A stretch of 64,000 bases of DNA. Source: Yuukianura sp. NJ FZ-2021. Taxonomy: Eukaryota. Position numbers and translations under genes: made by a program. This document shows positions 12,984 through 26,636 of this stretch, one piece after another; positions within the stretch are counted from its first letter, which is position 1, and each line of letters starts with the position of its first letter. The notes below the pieces were generated by a model, which was not told the origin of the DNA, did no database searches, and saw only the letters and a list, made by a program, of their open reading frames with translations. The stretch lies in contig CM102288.1 in NCBI GenBank assembly GCA_046563655.1, forward strand, positions 4,278,001 through 4,342,000. Direction: 5' to 3'.

Positions 12984-15379
12984 ACTACAGGAAACAAAAA
13001 ATTGTAAAGAATTTTATTTTTCGAAATCCTAAAATTCAAAATTTATAAATATAAGCCCTTATGTTCTAATTTAGCCCACCTATTTTACTGCCGCAAATCG
13101 GCTATAATTTGGCACTGATTTTCGTTTGCCGCGGGGCACAAGGGAAACGTATTGGGAAATGTCGATACTCGTTGAAACTGGTTAACAAGTTTTGCAAATT
13201 AATTGTGATTTTGCAATAGTTTCACTTTCACAATCCCTCCCCCAACAAATGTAGTAATTTTTACTTCCTTAATGTAAATTAACTTGGCTCACTTTTAACT
13301 AATTGTTATGTGACCACTGGCAGGTCCTCAACACTACTTCAATAAATCAAATGCTACAGCCAGGGTAAGGGGCGGGGGGTACTTGGAGTGAAGTGTTGCA
13401 CTTTTGGAAGTCTTTTGCAAACTGACTAGAGATGAGCCCTTAGCCATTGGATTTTAAGCACATCTTCATCAACCCTCTCCCATTTCTCAACAATACACAA
13501 TGGAAAATGCAACAATTCACTTTTGAGCTCCGCTGCACGATCCCACCAAACAGTCCATGACGTTTAGATTACTTTTTAGTAAACTTAATTATAATTACTG
13601 TATGCATTTTTTCTATTAACTGCTTAACTTCTTGCTTCAAACTCTCATAAAACATTGTCACAAATTTTTAACAGTGGAGGTGCCTGGAGTTTTTGTGTTG
13701 AAATTGTGTTCGTAGGCATTAATGGTTCTAATTAATGTTTGACCAATAAGTTAAGCTGCTTAAATTCACATAAATCACACTAAAATTTCGAAAGTACTTG
13801 AATATTTTGTGAAAAAGTAGTGACTGATGCAGTTCTGTGAAGTTGGAGCATTTGACCTCAATCAGAGGTCAAATCCAAGTAAAAACGAGTTCAGTAAGCA
13901 ACGAGAAGTGTAATTACGTTTCCGCTGCTTGGTGAAACAAATTGGGACAAATTAAAAAGAGAGCAGATTTTTGGACTGTAAAATGCAATCTTCGAAAAAC
14001 CTATTAAAAAAATTATAAACAATGAGAGTAGTTCTGATGATCTCAAAAAGTGCACAGTGCACTTAAAAAAATACAATAGAATTCCTAGGTGGACCACTTT
14101 TTGTCCAATTCTTCCTAAGAAATCTTAGAACAATCAAAACGTCAAGTTGAGGAAAGGCGTACCATTAATCTCAACATCTCAAAGTTAATTTTGAATTGAC
14201 ATTTCAAGAGACATGACTTTTCTAAATCAAGTTTGAAAACAATCGAGTCACGGTCGTAAAGTTGACCACGCCCAAATCTTTTCATCTTCCTTGATTTTCA
14301 GATCAAACTGATTTCATCTACTGCAACCATCAAGTGGAATGCTCAAGTCATTTTTAGAACAAAAAATCTAAGTTTTTAGGTCACAAACTTTGAACTTTGA
14401 CCCAAAACGTTTGGTTTGGAGGTCAAATCTGAAAATTCTCTAATCTTTACTCTTCTTAGCATGAAAATTGTGGTATTTAAATTCTGAATTCTTTTTTCTT
14501 CTTTTTTTGTCATTCAGAAGTTCTTGAACCCGCACTTTCACTTTTCGTGAGACTTTGAACTGCTTTTTCACAAGGTCTCCTTTGATCCAGATCTTTCAAC
14601 TGAACTCTAAATTTAGAAATTTCAGTTTTCTAAAAAGGGGAAAGTGTGAGTTACGAGTGACCCAATTGACATCCGTTGTAATGCTGCCACTGTCCCACCA
14701 ATGAGAAAGCATGTGGCATATCATTTCAATGCTAACTATTGTCAAGTGGAAGTCTGATAGTCCGAACTAGGAAATACTGGATACTGGGATGTAGTTTTTA
14801 AAGTACGGCTAAAATTTGACAATAATTTAATTTATTAATTAATTTCTTTTTGTAGAAACTTCGATTATCTGAGTCGAGTACAAAGAAACTGCTAAGATTA
14901 TTGTGAAAAAAGTGAAATCAATTGTGAAGTCTTTCTTGCTCTCTAAAATCCACAATTTCTAACGTACGTTGCATCGGTCGAAGTTAAATTCGACAACAAT
15001 TTTAGCTAATTTAACTTTTAGTTAGTTTGGACTAATTTTAACTCCAGCTAAAACCTACTCCAAACCTTAATTTGTCATTTCTTTTTCGAAACTTCATACT
15101 ATAAGTGTACAGAACACAGCTAATAAACGATTACGTGTAATTATTAAATACTTAAGTACATTAATAATTGTACTTAATTGTAGTTAAGTTGTACTGGTAA
15201 TTAGTTGTTTCTGTAATTTTCGTTTTTGAGCATACACTCATCCAAACGGCCTCCAATTATTGTTCTGACATATTGAGCCGACAATTCGTTAATTACGTAT
15301 AAATTAAATTACTAAACCTCCTAAGCAAGATTTTAACTTGAACTTCATTTTTAGTTGTGGAATTATTTTGGTAATTTTC

Positions 15380-16539
15380 TCAGACATCTCCAAATTCGAG
15401 TGAAGACAAAGAGTCACTTTCGTCGTCTCTTCTCTCTCGACGACTCTGCCCATGACGATGTCCACTTCCAGTCTTGATGTCCGGGCCAAGACCCATGGCT
15501 TCCGCCATTAGTTTGTCTGAAGAGGAACGGCGGGAAAAGAATTTAGTTGCTCCTGAGCTAAGAATGGAGAGTCGTGAAGAACCTTGACTGGAGCCTTGGC
15601 TTTGGTGGCCTCTGGAAGGAGGATGTCGTGAGGGAGTGGACTGGAACAGAGGAAGCGGACCACTGCTACCCCCAGGGGGTGATGGAAGCAGAACTTGTCG
15701 AAGGTCCTGAATCCCTTGATGAATTTGAAGAAGGTGTCCAAGGAGAGCCATGTCCTGAACAGGTAAAAAAAAATTTGAAATCGTTTCTAGAAGAGCTGTT
15801 TTGTTTCTAGATTATTCTAGTCGTACCTGCTGCCTGAGGTGATGCATATCCTTCTTGAGTTGCCGTAATTGAGTATCTAGTCGAGTTGATATCGGAGGAG
15901 GTCTAAGGAACATTTAAAATAATTTAAAAATTTGAAGTTTGAAATTTCAAAATAATAAAACTTTTGGAAGAAACGTACGACTTGACGTTCCTAGCGAAGG
16001 CTCCTCGTCCATCACTAGAGCTGTCGGCTGAACTGCGCCCAAGTCCACTGTCAACATGAGGACTATGCGGACTACTGGAGAGACTGCGAGGAGAGCTGCG
16101 TAACATTTCCATTCCACCTCCAAGAATCGCTCCAGATCTAAGAGTTACGACATTATTTCGTAGGTATTTGATTTATAAAGTAATCGAGCTACACTAACCT
16201 GCTCGTGACGTGATCTGGAGAAGCCCGGAAGGAAGATCCACTGGAAGAGGAACGTCTACTTTGCGGTCTAGGTGGTGGGACAGGGGGAGCCGGACGCGAT
16301 GGTGCCAATGGGTTGAAATGGTGGCCCAAGTGGTGTCCATGTCCACTAGATTTCATCAGTGAATCTACCCGTCCAATCCCAATGTGGTGGCTCTGATGCA
16401 GAGGTTCCTGGTGATGACTTTGGGGAAGCTGTGAGTACGTTTGACTGGTCTGAGGAAGACCTGAGTATCCGGTAAGGCTGCGTGGAAGAGGCGGCAATCC
16501 CTGCAGTTGAAGCATAGCCGATATGGCACTGGAAGTCAT
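15380..16539 (-). CDS. FAM89/LURAP1 (leucine-repeat adaptor) family protein
   Basis: N-terminal GLPPLPRSLTG and the spliced helix LDTQLRQLKKDMHHLRQQ|DMALLGHLLQIHQGIQDL match the FAM89 signature (GLPPLPKSLSG...LRKEMVGLRQLDMSLL). Confidence 0.75.
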
Positions 16540-16753
16540 ATTTCCAAAGGCTACTCTGAACTTGATCAACTTCTTGAAAAATTTCAAATTCACTTTTGGC
16601 AGTTGAGCATTTTTAAAAATTTAGACGGAAAGTACTCAGGAAAGTTATTTAAGCACTGAAAATTTTGGAATGTAGACTTTTAGTACGTTTTAATTGTTTC
16701 AAAATGTTTCGTCCCTGTCAACGACGACTGGTTACGCAGCAGATTGACTTGAG

Positions 16754-17403
16754 TTATTGAGACTTGAGTGCCCAGTCCTGACGACACATTGGACACTGTT
16801 GAGTAACTTGATTCTGTTGCTGCGAGGCCAACCACTTCATAATACAATGCATATGAAAACAATGCGAGCAGACACCCCAAACTAAAGGAATCAAAGAAAT
16901 AAAAAGTGACGAATTAACAAAAAATTTGGCACAGATCATAACTTGGTGCCGGTGGTCGCCTGCCACGGCTCATGATTCCTTACATTAACAAGATTACTTA
17001 AGGTATGCCTTAGGTACACGAATCCTTGACTCATATACCATCCACATCCAAAGAGCCCTTTGACCTGAATGTGCAATTCAAGGGCATTGGACACATCAGT
17101 AACATAAAGCTCACCTAATGGACAGTCGTCACCCGGAACTTTGCAGTCGGCACAACATCCATCAAAAGCTCCACGACAAATTCCACATTTGTCGTCGTTA
17201 GCCAGCCATTTCCAAACAGCAATACCGTTCCAACCTGATTTATATCAAATCATTTCCATCAATCATAAGAATCAAGCACATGACAGACAAACAGAAATCA
17301 GCACTTCATGCGTCTAAAAAATCGATATTTTCACCATATTTAACTTACTTTTGATTTTTATTTTCAATCCAGTGCCAGTATCTTCTTTCTCTTCTCCTTG
17401 CAT
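16754..17403 (-). CDS. ANAPC11: Anaphase-promoting complex subunit 11 (RING-H2)
   Basis: Three exons: MQGEE...KIKIK / [39 protein letters not shown] / [18 protein letters not shown]...CPMCRQDW. Confidence 0.95.
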
Positions 17404-19658
17404 TTAGTCCCTGAATAAAGTTAATCGAAGTCGATTACAGAGGGTGAAGATGAAAACAAAGTAATCGTTCAAACAATTAACACCCACACAGACACACACA
17501 GAACTCACATGATAAAATGCACAATCAGAGAGAAGAAACAGAATTTCGATTTTGCGGAGGAGTTTGTGTTGAGCAAAAAAAATCGAAACAAAAATATCAA
17601 CAAAAGAGTAGCCATCGGCACTTTCTTCGAACCATCTTCATGTAATCGGCAATTCCCGTTCATTTAGTTCTTACAAAAGGTCAAAGGTTAAGAATTGTGG
17701 TACTATGCAAATTTGATTTACATAGTACTTATGTAGGTAGTCCTTGATATTTGAGGAGTACTGATTGATGGAGTGAGACATTCCATTTCAACATGAATTT
17801 GGAATTTGGAAATGTCATTTTTGAGAAACCACGAAGATGAAGATGATGCCGGAATTTCATAAGTTTTTGGAAACTGAAAAGTTAATGACTCTTGGTCATT
17901 GGATATCCGCCTCATTACGTTACGATTCTTAAGAAACTGTCCAGATCCTTGTAACTATTAATTATCTTTTGGAAATACGTAATTCAGGTGTAGTCATTAG
18001 GATTTAGGGTTTTACGGGGATGAAGAATGGTAGTGACCTTAACGAAATCTGGACACTATAAATACTGATCTCTGTCACTGAACAAATCATCCTCTGGCAG
18101 CTAACCACCAAATCCAGTCACTTCCGCCTCCAAAACTCCATTTTCAAAACCAAAAACAAAAATGAACTCCAAAATCCTGTTTGGTTTTTGTCTTTTGGTC
18201 GTTCTGGTCACTATTCAAGTGGCTCAAATCGAAGCCCAAGCACAATGCGGTAAGAAGATTTTGAATTCAGAAGATCATAACTAAACAAAAACTTACTACA
18301 AACGAATTCATTATTCAAAAAAGAGTTCAATTCATGTAAATTATTTTCTAAATAGCACGGAATCGCGCATTCTGTAATGATATCAGCAGATGCAACCAAT
18401 GCTGTGGGAATAACCCTCCTAGTACACAAATATAACTTGAATTTACACTTTTAACAAATGTTTTTATGTTTCGATTTATGTATTTATACTAATTAAAAAA
18501 TTTCCAGGAGGTGTGTTCTGCAATAGGTTGTTCATTAGAAGATGCTGTTAACAACGCAATGGAAACGGCAATGCAAACTAAAAGGAAACGTTAATTGATG
18601 GGGAAAGGAAAATTGAAATTACAAATTCAAAAAAAAAATGTAAAAAAGTTCATTTTAAAAAAAAGTTATTGGAAATTGGAAATTAAAAAAACTACACAGC
18701 AAAATGTTGGAAACTTATCAAGGTCAAGTATGACATAACTTTAACTAAACTTTACAACAAACGAACTAACAACTGTATTCAAATACATTCTCAAAATTGT
18801 TCTGAAACAACAATCGACGACATTTTCAAAGAAAAATTTAAATTCTGCAACCGTTTTCTGAAATGTGTTTGAGAAAGTAAAAGGACCCACATTTTCAGTG
18901 AAACTTTACACCATGACTTTCTACTCTAAAAACTGTATTAAATCTTTAAACTTTTCCACTTTTTAATCTTCAAATATTTTGGAATTCTAAAATCCATTCA
19001 GATTGTAACAGTTATTCTAAATTTGCTTAAATTTTTCTTAAATCTCGTAAATTTTCACATCACGTTCATAATATGAAAATTTCCGTGATTGAGATTAATC
19101 ATAACTTTTTACAAGTCTACCAGCAGACTACTTTCTTTTCAACTTTTTAAATTTAAGATATCAGTACATCGTACATAGTATTTCATTTCCAGACCTTTTT
19201 AAAACCAATTTGAACTGCAAGTTTTGTTAGCGCGTCGGTAAAACTGATTTGGAAGACAATCAGAATCCAGAAACACAAATCCAAATGATTTGACACCATC
19301 TTCTAACGATTGTCCTTCGTTTGGAAACTTTTACACACAATACTTAAACATTGTCAACTACAATTACTAATTATTTGGAACCATTTTCATCTTCTTGAAC
19401 GTTTCTAACACAAACATAATGGTTCTAGTCTTAATTCGACCCTGTTTCACTCAAAAATATTGACCAAACGTATCTAACGTCTTATTTCTTAACCTAGGAA
19501 TTTAAAAACAAAACTTAAAAAGTCAAAGCTGAACAAATAAGAAGTTAGTCCCAAAAGCTTATTAGTTACGTTAATATGGCAAACTTGGCAAAAATTGCAC
19601 TGAAAACTGACCTTACTAAAAACTGAAACTTGAAGTGACTTAAAAATTGTACCTGCGT

Positions 19659-22600
19659 CTACATAACCCATATTTTTGATTTGTACAAATTGATCGAGTA
19701 GGAGTCGGCTGTCGCCAGAATCGGTTTGTACGGATGAAAATGCAGCGAGGTAACGGTCCCCATTCTTCCAGAAATAAAAAGTCCTTCACGAATTGCATTT
19801 GCCAAAAACGTTTGTGCACCGTGAAAACCGTAGACGTTCACTGAATGATTTAGGCAGCCACTGTTAAAAACAATGCAAAGAATGTTCAAAAAAATTGTAA
19901 GTTTTAAGTTTTAGTTTAAAAAAAAACTTACGTTGCAAAGTAAGGTATGTGCGGATGAACCGCAAAGGCAGATATGTCCGTCGTCGTGTCAATTGTTCTC
20001 GTGGTGCCCTTTGACCTCAAGTCAAAAAATTTCACTCTTCCACTCAGACTTCCAGCAACAATTGTCCTATCATGTCGTAAACTAGCTCCAGCGATTATCG
20101 ATTCTCCAAAATCCCGCCATGTCACAACACCACATTCTGCTGGTGGCAATCGAATGTCAATTACTCTCACGGCTCCTTCTTCTAAGCCCAAAACGACTAG
20201 ATTTGGTTCTACAATAACAAAAACAACACTCAATTACTTAAACTCACTAAGATGACTGAATAGAAGTAATCAATTACCGCATCTATGGATATCAATCGAA
20301 GTGACAAGAGTTTCATGACTCGTAGGCCAGTCACCAACTTTCAGTTCTGATTTCATATCCCAAACTCGAACAATCTTGGAATCACCGCTGGCCAATATCT
20401 TTTCTCTCTCCTGGTCCCATTTGACTAACAGTCCAAGGGATTTTGAAGATTTGGCCAATTGACCAATTTCTGACAGAGCATTCCATGCCAAAATTAACCT
20501 AAAACGAAAAAAAAAAACACAAACTAAATTCAAGAATCCAACACATGTGCCAACGATGGAACTGAAATTTTGCCATCTTTTACTCCGTACTTTGGTTTTC
20601 CTTTTTCGTAATCCGGTTTCCAAGCTCTCAAACTTCCATCGTCAGCCCCAACCAGAACCAAACTTTCGTCATGTGCATTGATCCACTCCAAAGATGTTAT
20701 CCGACTGTCGTTACTGTTTTCCCATTTTCCAAGCAACTTTTGCGAATCTCCTGTTCAAAATTAGATTTATCAAAACTTTTCCCCAAATAACCAAACTTTT
20801 TTCAAAATCGTATCATACCATATTCATATAAGGAATACGTCGATCCCTCCGAAGTCAGTAACAGTTTTTCGTAGTCATGAAGGCGAACGATTGACGGCGT
20901 GGCTGACGACAGTGCAAAACTAAACGATGGATAAGAAGTAGGTGCCGTTGGTGTATTTCCATGCGAATGGTGAATTCCTCTTGAACTAAAAACTTGCTCA
21001 TCAATTTTTCCTGGAAAGGCCTTTGGACGTCGAAAACATTCTTTTCTCGTTAGAGTATTCCGAATGTACCTACAAGATCAATCAATTATTATTTAACAGT
21101 CTACACAGTTATTCAATTTTTAGTTTCCACTGACCTCCACTCTCTCGTATGATGAGCCGGATCTTGTGTGTCCATGACATTGTTCTTTGACCTTGAGAAC
21201 CCGAATCCAAGGCCATTGGAGTGTCCAGGAATAGTTGGTCTCGCAAATCTGTCCCAACACCACTCAACATACTTGGTTCCAATAATAGGGCAAATCTCTT
21301 TTCCTTTGCCAGCATCTCCACCAGCATTTGGATCCGCATTTCCTGAAGAAGCCACAGAATGTCCACTAGCAACTGAACTACTCCTCGTAGGGGTCAGTGA
21401 TCCCTGTGCACTAATGCTATTAGTGATCAACGGGGAAGGGGATCCTGGAGTGCTCAACTTCACTACATCAAAATCAAATCAAAAAGCACAACACAAAATT
21501 TAAGCCAAAACAATTCAAAAACAGAAATCAAACCGAAAAAATCTACGTCAAAAATTGCACCATCTTCTAAAAAATGTTTAGGTTTGACCTTGAAGTGTCA
21601 CAGATCAACGACTTACTCGGTCCACTGGAGCTTAGCAGTTCTCTAGCCCTATGTCGAATATGGTCCATGACAGTTTTAGCTAAAAGGGCTACCCCTGGCG
21701 ACGGATCCTTCTCAAATTGGGCCATCGCTGTATACACTTTTCCGTAGATTCCGCCCATTGACAAATGTGATTTCCCTGCACCACCAGAACCAGGACTAAA
21801 GGCCAACACTATTACACAAATTAATTAAAATATATAAATTAATATAATAAGTTACGTCCAATATGCATATTCCCAAGCAAGTTAACGTATGAGCTTGACT
21901 TACTTAAAGCTGAGAGTGAGCTGCTCGAGGATACTTTTCGCATTGAGTCCAAGCTTGAAGCATGCGTCTCTGCCCCAGTGACAGTTGCCGCTGGATTAGC
22001 ACTACTCAGTAGTTTCATTCTCGTCTGACTCGAAATTCTACGCATACCCCCACCACCGGCCGGGGATGATTGCAATTCTAAGTTTAAAATTTCAAAACGA
22101 TGAAGTTTTAACATTGAAATTAACATTTTACAATTAAAAAAAAACGTGACGGACAGACAGGCTGACCGACAAAGTCGTCTCAATAGTCATCGGGGAAAAA
22201 AAAGAAAACAAAACGATAACGTCGACAATGTCACAAGCTGGCAGAATTCCCCAGTTTGTTTTTAGGCTTTCTTTGCGCAATGCAAGTTTGGACTCCACGT
22301 TGTTAGATTTTAGTTATTCCAGCAACATTGAATTCAAGTTAGTGTTGATTTTAAGCAAATTGGATCAACGTACCTTGGTTAATGATACTGTGCTGCTCGA
22401 TTGCAACAAAATTGTTTTCAAAAACAAGCATGAAATTGTGCAGAGCTACTACAAGTTCCTGTCGCACTAGCGGTGACGCTTCATCTGTACACAGTTTGTT
22501 CACGAGGGTAAGAGCCACTTGATGGTCAATTGCATTTGCATGTTCAGTTCTCTCTGTCGTTGAGTTGATGAAAGTTCCAAGGGCATAGACCGCTGCTGCA

Positions 22601-25600
22601 CGAACTTCTGGATCCTCTTCGCCCAGTAAACTGTAAATTTTTTCATGTGCTGAATCACGAACTCCGCACCATCGTGCTGGTGAAAAGTCTGCCCACGTCA
22701 AACCGAGACAAATGCAAACCCATCTTCTCAGCTCACGATCGTTTTCATCTGCAAAACGCCACATAAAAATTATTACACATTTAGAAGCTTAAGACATTCA
22801 AAATGTCAGATATCGATTCGTCTATAAATTGGAGTTGCTTTAACCAGTTAAATTTCAAGTCTTAGTTTTTTAAAAAATCGATTGAATTAATTTACCTAAA
22901 GCTTCAAGGCAAGTGGCGATAGAACTGGATTGAAGCGCAGCTTGTTGACCTTGTCGAAAACTTCTGACGATATTCGTTAGAACAAACACAGCCATTGTTC
23001 TGTGCTCACACGGAAGTGTTGTGTCTCCCACGATTGAAATGAAGTACTTGTGGCTTCCATCTCGCACTAGGTCCGATTGGCAGCTCTGGAAGTCAAAATC
23101 ACATGGTCAATTAGTATACATTTACTGAATTCCTAAAAGAATTTTTAGAACTAGCACTCACGTGATCAACTGCAAGAATTTTTGCCCAAATGAAAACTAG
23201 CAGGGGCCGCAACTCCCGAGCCGACGATTGGAGCAGTTTCAGCACATACGGAAATATGCCGACAGATAAAGCAAGGTTCACAGCCCACCAACCCAAGTCC
23301 AAAAATCTGAAAAATTAACGAAATTTTGAAAAAGTCAAGCTCTAGAATTCTCATAATGACCTCTGACCTTACCTTCCCAACAGTTCAAGAGCCCTGACGC
23401 GATGAACCTGACTAAGGAGAACTTGGAGCACAATTGGTAATTGTTCCGGTGGTTGTCTCGATTCACTTCCATGTTCCAGCCATACTTGGAACGCTGTGAG
23501 CTGCTCTTCGAAGAATGGAGATGGAATATAAGTGGGTGTAACGGCTGTTTCAATGTTGTTATTGCCATTAACTGCTCCGTTAGTAGTAGCAGCACCAGCC
23601 ACGTGAGTTGTCGCTTGAAGATCCTCCAGTACTCCGGGTAGTTGATTCAGACAGAGGTCAAGTGCAAAGTCCCAAGCAGCCCACATAGGATGCTACAATA
23701 AGAAAAAGTTACGTAATTTGAGACATAGTTTTATAAATTATAGAAACTTAAAAAAAATACTTGTGAAGTCGGCGGTAATTTTGGAGATGAAGTAGGAGTG
23801 CAGTCGTAAGTTCTCATTATCCGTTCAGCCAGTAAAAAATTACGAAAAAGACTTGCCACGAGGAGGTCTTGCCGAAAAAGCCTAAAAATTGAAATATATT
23901 TTTACAAAAAGTCGTTTTTGGTCGTTCTGATGTAAATCGTTTCAAATCACCTTTGAAACAAACTTCGCGGCAGCGTATTCCATGCAATCGTGTCCGTTAT
24001 TGCTGTAAAAATCCAATTGAGTTCACCCAACATTGTGCGTCGATCATTCAGTTGACCAGGGACTCTAAAAAACAACATTTCTTTGAACTACGAAACAAAT
24101 GGCTGAAGAATCGCGAAAAACTCACTTGTCAATCATTTCCGGAACAATTTTTGGTATGAGTTTGTCTTTGTTATGTAGAATGAACCATTTAAGAGCAATT
24201 TTGATGGGCGTGGTGAGGCATGCCGTAAATAAGTCAGCTGGAAGATCCGGATTCATTGGAAGAATTTGATTTTCACCACAAGCACCAAGTTGAATACATC
24301 CACCAAAGTTAGGAGCTGGACAGCCAGTCAACGCCATCGATTTAGAACACAAGTCCTGGTTTTCAAAAAATCAAACATGAAATTAGCAGTTACCAAAGAT
24401 GTGTCAAAAGGTGAAGTTACCAACGATCAGAGGTTTCAATTCAAGTAAAATTACGAAAATTAAAAACCAACAATAATTACTAAAACTGACAAAGAGTTCT
24501 TTTTCTCTAAAAAGCAACGGTAAAATACACGCTTGCAAATCAACAAAGCAGCAACAAATCGGAACTGAGAAGTGATTGGATTTATGGAATAAACTTTGCA
24601 AAAACATTTGCAAAAACTTTGCAACCTTTGATGAGTTTCTTCCTCTCCGCTCCCTTTCGTCAATCTGTTCAAATAGTTCCGAGAAAAAGCATAGATTTTT
24701 AAATTCAATCTGCGTAACTAGCCTCTGAATCAATACTTTCATACTTACTACATCGACGTTGTTAATAATTAATGCTGCGTACTACACGTTAAAAGTAGTT
24801 TTTCATTTTCGAACGAGCAACCTACAAAGATTTTTTGAGACTTTACCTCGTATTCCTTTTCATGTTGCTCTGCAAACTGATGGAATGACTTGATGACGAG
24901 CCCTGCATTTGAGCAATCGTAGACGTAGATTGAGGGTGATCCCATCCATGTCTGTAAGTCGTAAATGCTGAGCGGAATGTACTGTGTGTAGTTCTGAAAA
25001 TCAAATACAAAATTACTTAAGAGAAAGCAAAGTTATCGACAAATTACTTCTTTCCGAACGTACTCGATTGAACACCCATATTTCTCCGTTGGTCGTCGGT
25101 TGCGGAACACCGTGTCCATTGTAATGAAACAGCACTCGTTCATCTTTTGCATTTCGACGGAGAGAGGTACATAACTTTTTGACTTCGTCCACAGTCGGGT
25201 CCAAGCTCGTTTTGTATCGTGCTCTAGGCTGCCATCTGATTAACGCAAACGTTTTCATTAAAAACGCGTTCGCAAGTTGCACAGTTAGATACAGTTCTGT
25301 GGAAAGGACTTGGATAGTGCTCACCGTTCGTACTGCTTTTGAAGTGAACTGCCGATTTGTTCCAAAGCTTTCTGAGGACTCAAAGTCAGTGGATCTAGAA
25401 ACAAAAAGTACATCACGAATGAAATACCATTCTAATCGGTTGATGTAGTAGAATCATATGGTTTCTGATTGAGTCCGAACCTATCCAACACTCAAGTCGG
25501 GCGCATGGTTGCATTTTGATGATTCCAGGCGGATCAACTCCAACGTTTAGGCACACCACCAATGCAACACTCACCGTTTTCATCTAAAAGCAACATATTA

Positions 25601-25827
25601 CAAATTAGAATTGAATGAAATGTATAACTAGATATTAAAACTTGAATTCAGCTTACGCGTTCTTTCATTCTCCATGACTGTGGTGTTGCTTCCGTGCCTT
25701 CAATCTTCTCCAAGTGCCTCTTGTCCTGGAAGGGCGTCGGAAGAGCCCAGTCATACAAGTCAGTGAGCAGATCTTCTTCGCCTTCACTCTTGAAGTTCAG
25801 TTCTAGGACACGATCCAGTGATGCCAT
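19659..25827 (-). CDS. RPTOR: Regulatory-associated protein of mTOR (RNC domain, HEAT repeats, WD40)
   Basis: [95 protein letters not shown] and C-terminal WD40 exons ending FHPYKPILA. Confidence 0.96.
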
Positions 25828-26636
25828 TTGGTCCTTATGTCGCCTTCGTCTTCGTCCCCACTCCGTCTTTGAATTGGATTTGTTTACTTCTGCGACCGCT
25901 GCTGTTTATTTCGTCTTCTCACTCCCAGTTTCAGACCTGTCATAATTAATTTACCATTTATAGCTAATTCCCAATTTGTCGGATTATAGTGGACAGCGTT
26001 TTTTCTTTATAAAGTTACTGATAACCTGGACCAAGAAAACGTATACAATTTCGGTTAAACGTAAAACGTTGACGTCAATTTCAAACCACGAACGTACATG
26101 CACTATCAATTATGGCTAAATTAACATCAATTGGTCACAATTTAGACGACACGAATAGAAACAAGATTGAAAAACGAAAACATTGCTGAATTTCTAAAAA
26201 GATGTAGTAATCGAAAATTCGCCAATTTAATTTTAATTTCTTCAATTCGCCAATTCGCGTGATTCTTTTTTGAGTTTTTTTTTTTACAGGAGAGAATTTT
26301 TTGATTCGAGCTTTCCTGCCATTTTTCACAGATGCAACAGAGGTGACGGCGTCAAAGTTATACATTTTGTTAACAATTGCTTGAATTAAATTAAACCATC
26401 GTACGTTAATCGTTAATTAACTATTCCATAATTAACACAAATTAAAATAAAATTTTAAACGATTCGCCTTATTTTTTAGGCACAATTTCAATTTGAATTC
26501 AAAATTCCCTGGGCATCCATTTTACATTCGTCTTTTACGAAACGAAACAAAAGTTTATAATTTCAATTTAATTAATTATTGAAAAATTAATTTAAATGCT
26601 TCAAATGTATTGATTTTTTAATTATTAATCTCCGTT

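Noticed and set aside
17700..18150. Coding-looking minus-strand segment between APC11 and Raptor
   Set aside because: The best-looking frame has in-frame TAG stops and no family I recognise. It may be a pseudogene relic, but I cannot support that.
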